Source: a virus. From it: a stretch of 64,000 bases of DNA. Below the pieces are notes generated by a model. It made no database searches. It was not told the origin of the DNA and saw only the letters and a program-made list of their open reading frames with translations. Made by a program: the position numbers and the translations under genes. Positions 62,313 to 64,000 of the stretch are shown here, piece after piece. Numbering within the stretch: the first letter of the stretch is position 1; each line of letters begins with the position of its first letter. Location of the stretch: positions 1-64,000 of the IMG/VR virus record IMGVR_UViG_3300046694_000223. One strand, 5' to 3'.

Positions 62313-63965
62313 CTATTCTTCGTACTTCTTCCATGAAATCATATCTCCGCAATCATTTGCAGTTATCTCTATAATGAATTCGCCCTTATATAACATTTTA
62401 ATTTGATCTCTAGTTTCCCACACCAAGCCCTCTTCAGCCTCTTCTGTCCAACAATCAGGATCGCTGTCACTGTTTAAAAATAAAGTTCTACCGTCTGTTA
62501 TTTTTGTTGCGATACCATAGTAAGTACTCATATATTATTCCTCCCTTTCGTATTATCTCGAAATTCTAATTTCATTAGCCTGTGATTACCGACTCATCTT
62601 CTGTCATATGATAAACTGATGAGACATTAACCTTTTCAGGCTTATCGCTCTTACTAATTGTTATTTTCATATCCTCAACTAGCATTCTTCCAACTTCTCT
62701 GGCAATGATTCCGCGCACGTTAGCTTCAAAGTCGCTTCCAAACCCTCTTCCATAAGTTTTACCAACACGATGACTTATGTCTGCTTCAACCAGATGATCA
62801 ATATAGTTTGAATTAATAAGCTTTTTAAATTCATCTTGTACTAACTCTTTGATAATTTCTTGAACATATTCTTTTGTAATTCCCAGCTCATTATGTAAGT
62901 GATTTTTAACTTCTTGATAATTACTCCGATAAACTCCTGGCTCTTTTTTCATTTTTATTTAATCCTCCTTCAAGATATTCCTTAGTCCAATCTACGTATG
63001 TCTCATGGCTTGATACGTGATCCTTGAAAAATATTTTCAGCGCTGAAATAGATTTACCATCACCTTCGATATTATCCAATAGTTTATCCGCTTGTAGAAT
63101 GTGCTCGTATGCTTTTTGAATGTGCGTTGCAATTTCATTCATACTTTTCTACTCCTTATAAAACACAAATTTCATTAGCTATTTACTCTTAAACTGCCTT
63201 GCCATTATCCGATCTAGTTAATGTATCAATTAAGAGTAAACGTTGTTCTTCGCTTAATTTTCTTGATACGAAAGTTTCACCCTTATCGTTAACCATTTCA
63301 ACATGTACGCCATCTTTTGCATTTCCGTAAAAATCAACTCTGCGATTACTGCCCATTGGGATTTGCATTTTTAGTCTCCTTTGGCCCATATTCGACTATA
63401 ATAAATTCGTTTTTCTCTTCTTCAATCGTTCTGTTTCTATACTCACTATCAAGTTCATACCAATAAGGTCTTCCAGGAAACTTTGGCGACATCCAATCAT
63501 AGTTACGTTCTGCCTCACGTTTTGCCTCTTTGGTAATCACTCCATTTGCGGCGCTTATGGATGTATATACGAGCTTTCGTCCATCCCCATCATAAGGAAT
63601 ACCGTTTTTGTAAATCACATAAACCGTTTCATTTTCAATTTTTAGTGACATTTATGGCCTCCTTTTCTTTACGAACTCCAACTTTTATCAAATCATATGT
63701 ATTATGCATTTTTAAGATATGCAACGGTTAATCCTTTTTTCTTTAGTTTGGTAATCGTTCTAATATCATCTGCCCTACTCACAAATTTCTCGTTACTCTT
63801 TCGCTTGCCCTCTTCTTCAAGTGGGAATGTATTGGTTATACCTGAAACAATATCTTTCGCCAACTTGATAACCAAGGATAGCCTCGTATTTTGCAAAACA
63901 AAATGTTCCATAAATCCACCTACGTTTACAACTCCGCAAAGTGAGTAATCACCGACTTCGATCAA
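62313..63965 (-). CDS. Run of hypothetical genes (62313, 62575, 62921, 63189, 63346, 63702; the last may start further upstream)
   Basis: Co-oriented ORFs, most with RBS. Confidence 0.55.
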
Positions 63966-64000
63966 ATCCTTACCGACACCAGCTCCAGGCTTGAGACTCC

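Larger units (their letters stand above)
28600..63688. repeat. Dispersed 18-bp palindrome ATRAAA-N6-TTTYAT at gene boundaries (about 27 copies here, plus 14179, 15766 and 15842)
   Basis: Perfect copies start at 15766, 33046, 35291, 36474, 48839, 52791, 56778, 59197 and 63158; the others carry 1-2 mismatches (15842 is more degenerate). Confidence 0.88.

Noticed and set aside
28600-63688. Dispersed palindromes as a CRISPR array
   Set aside because: Repeats are 18 bp, degenerate and separated by whole genes; no cas genes.
31255-63948. Plus-strand ORFs in the early region (e.g. 31255-31812, 37947-38177, 49084-49482)
   Set aside because: They overlap RBS-supported minus-strand genes and have the Phe/Ser/Ile-rich composition of antisense frames.

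Overview
The whole window looks like part of one large, AT-rich temperate siphophage genome of the SPbeta-like type. The host is probably a Bacillales member such as Paenibacillus, which is an inference. No host genes, rRNA, tRNA or CRISPR array were seen. The + strand (1-21.4 kb) carries the late module: tape measure, tail/baseplate, fibre and beta-helix spike proteins, holin, M15 endolysin, second holin-like gene, SGNH hydrolase and an AEP primase/Rep-like gene. The - strand (21.6-64 kb) carries a large serine integrase beside an intact-looking attP, RecU, DnaE, a ParM/ParR-like pair, an orphan HicB, ThyX, dUTPase, class Ib and class III ribonucleotide reductases, a RecJ-like exonuclease, two related homing-endonuclease-like genes and about 70 small accessory ORFs. 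Main observations: (1) about 30 copies of an 18-bp palindrome, ATRAAA-N6-TTTYAT, with a variable 6-bp core sit at accessory-gene boundaries and flank the tail-spike gene. Three copies belong to a longer 58-bp composite site. This suggests an integron-like gene-cassette system. (2) recJ has GAT-TAG-CTA-GAC inside its catalytic motif, where a 9-nt Asp-to-Asp ribosomal hop would restore the canonical motif. (3) An endonuclease gene splits its target and supplies a recoded replacement 5' end. (4) A free-standing mini-protein resembles a tape-measure segment. All family assignments come from motif recognition by eye; no searches were run.
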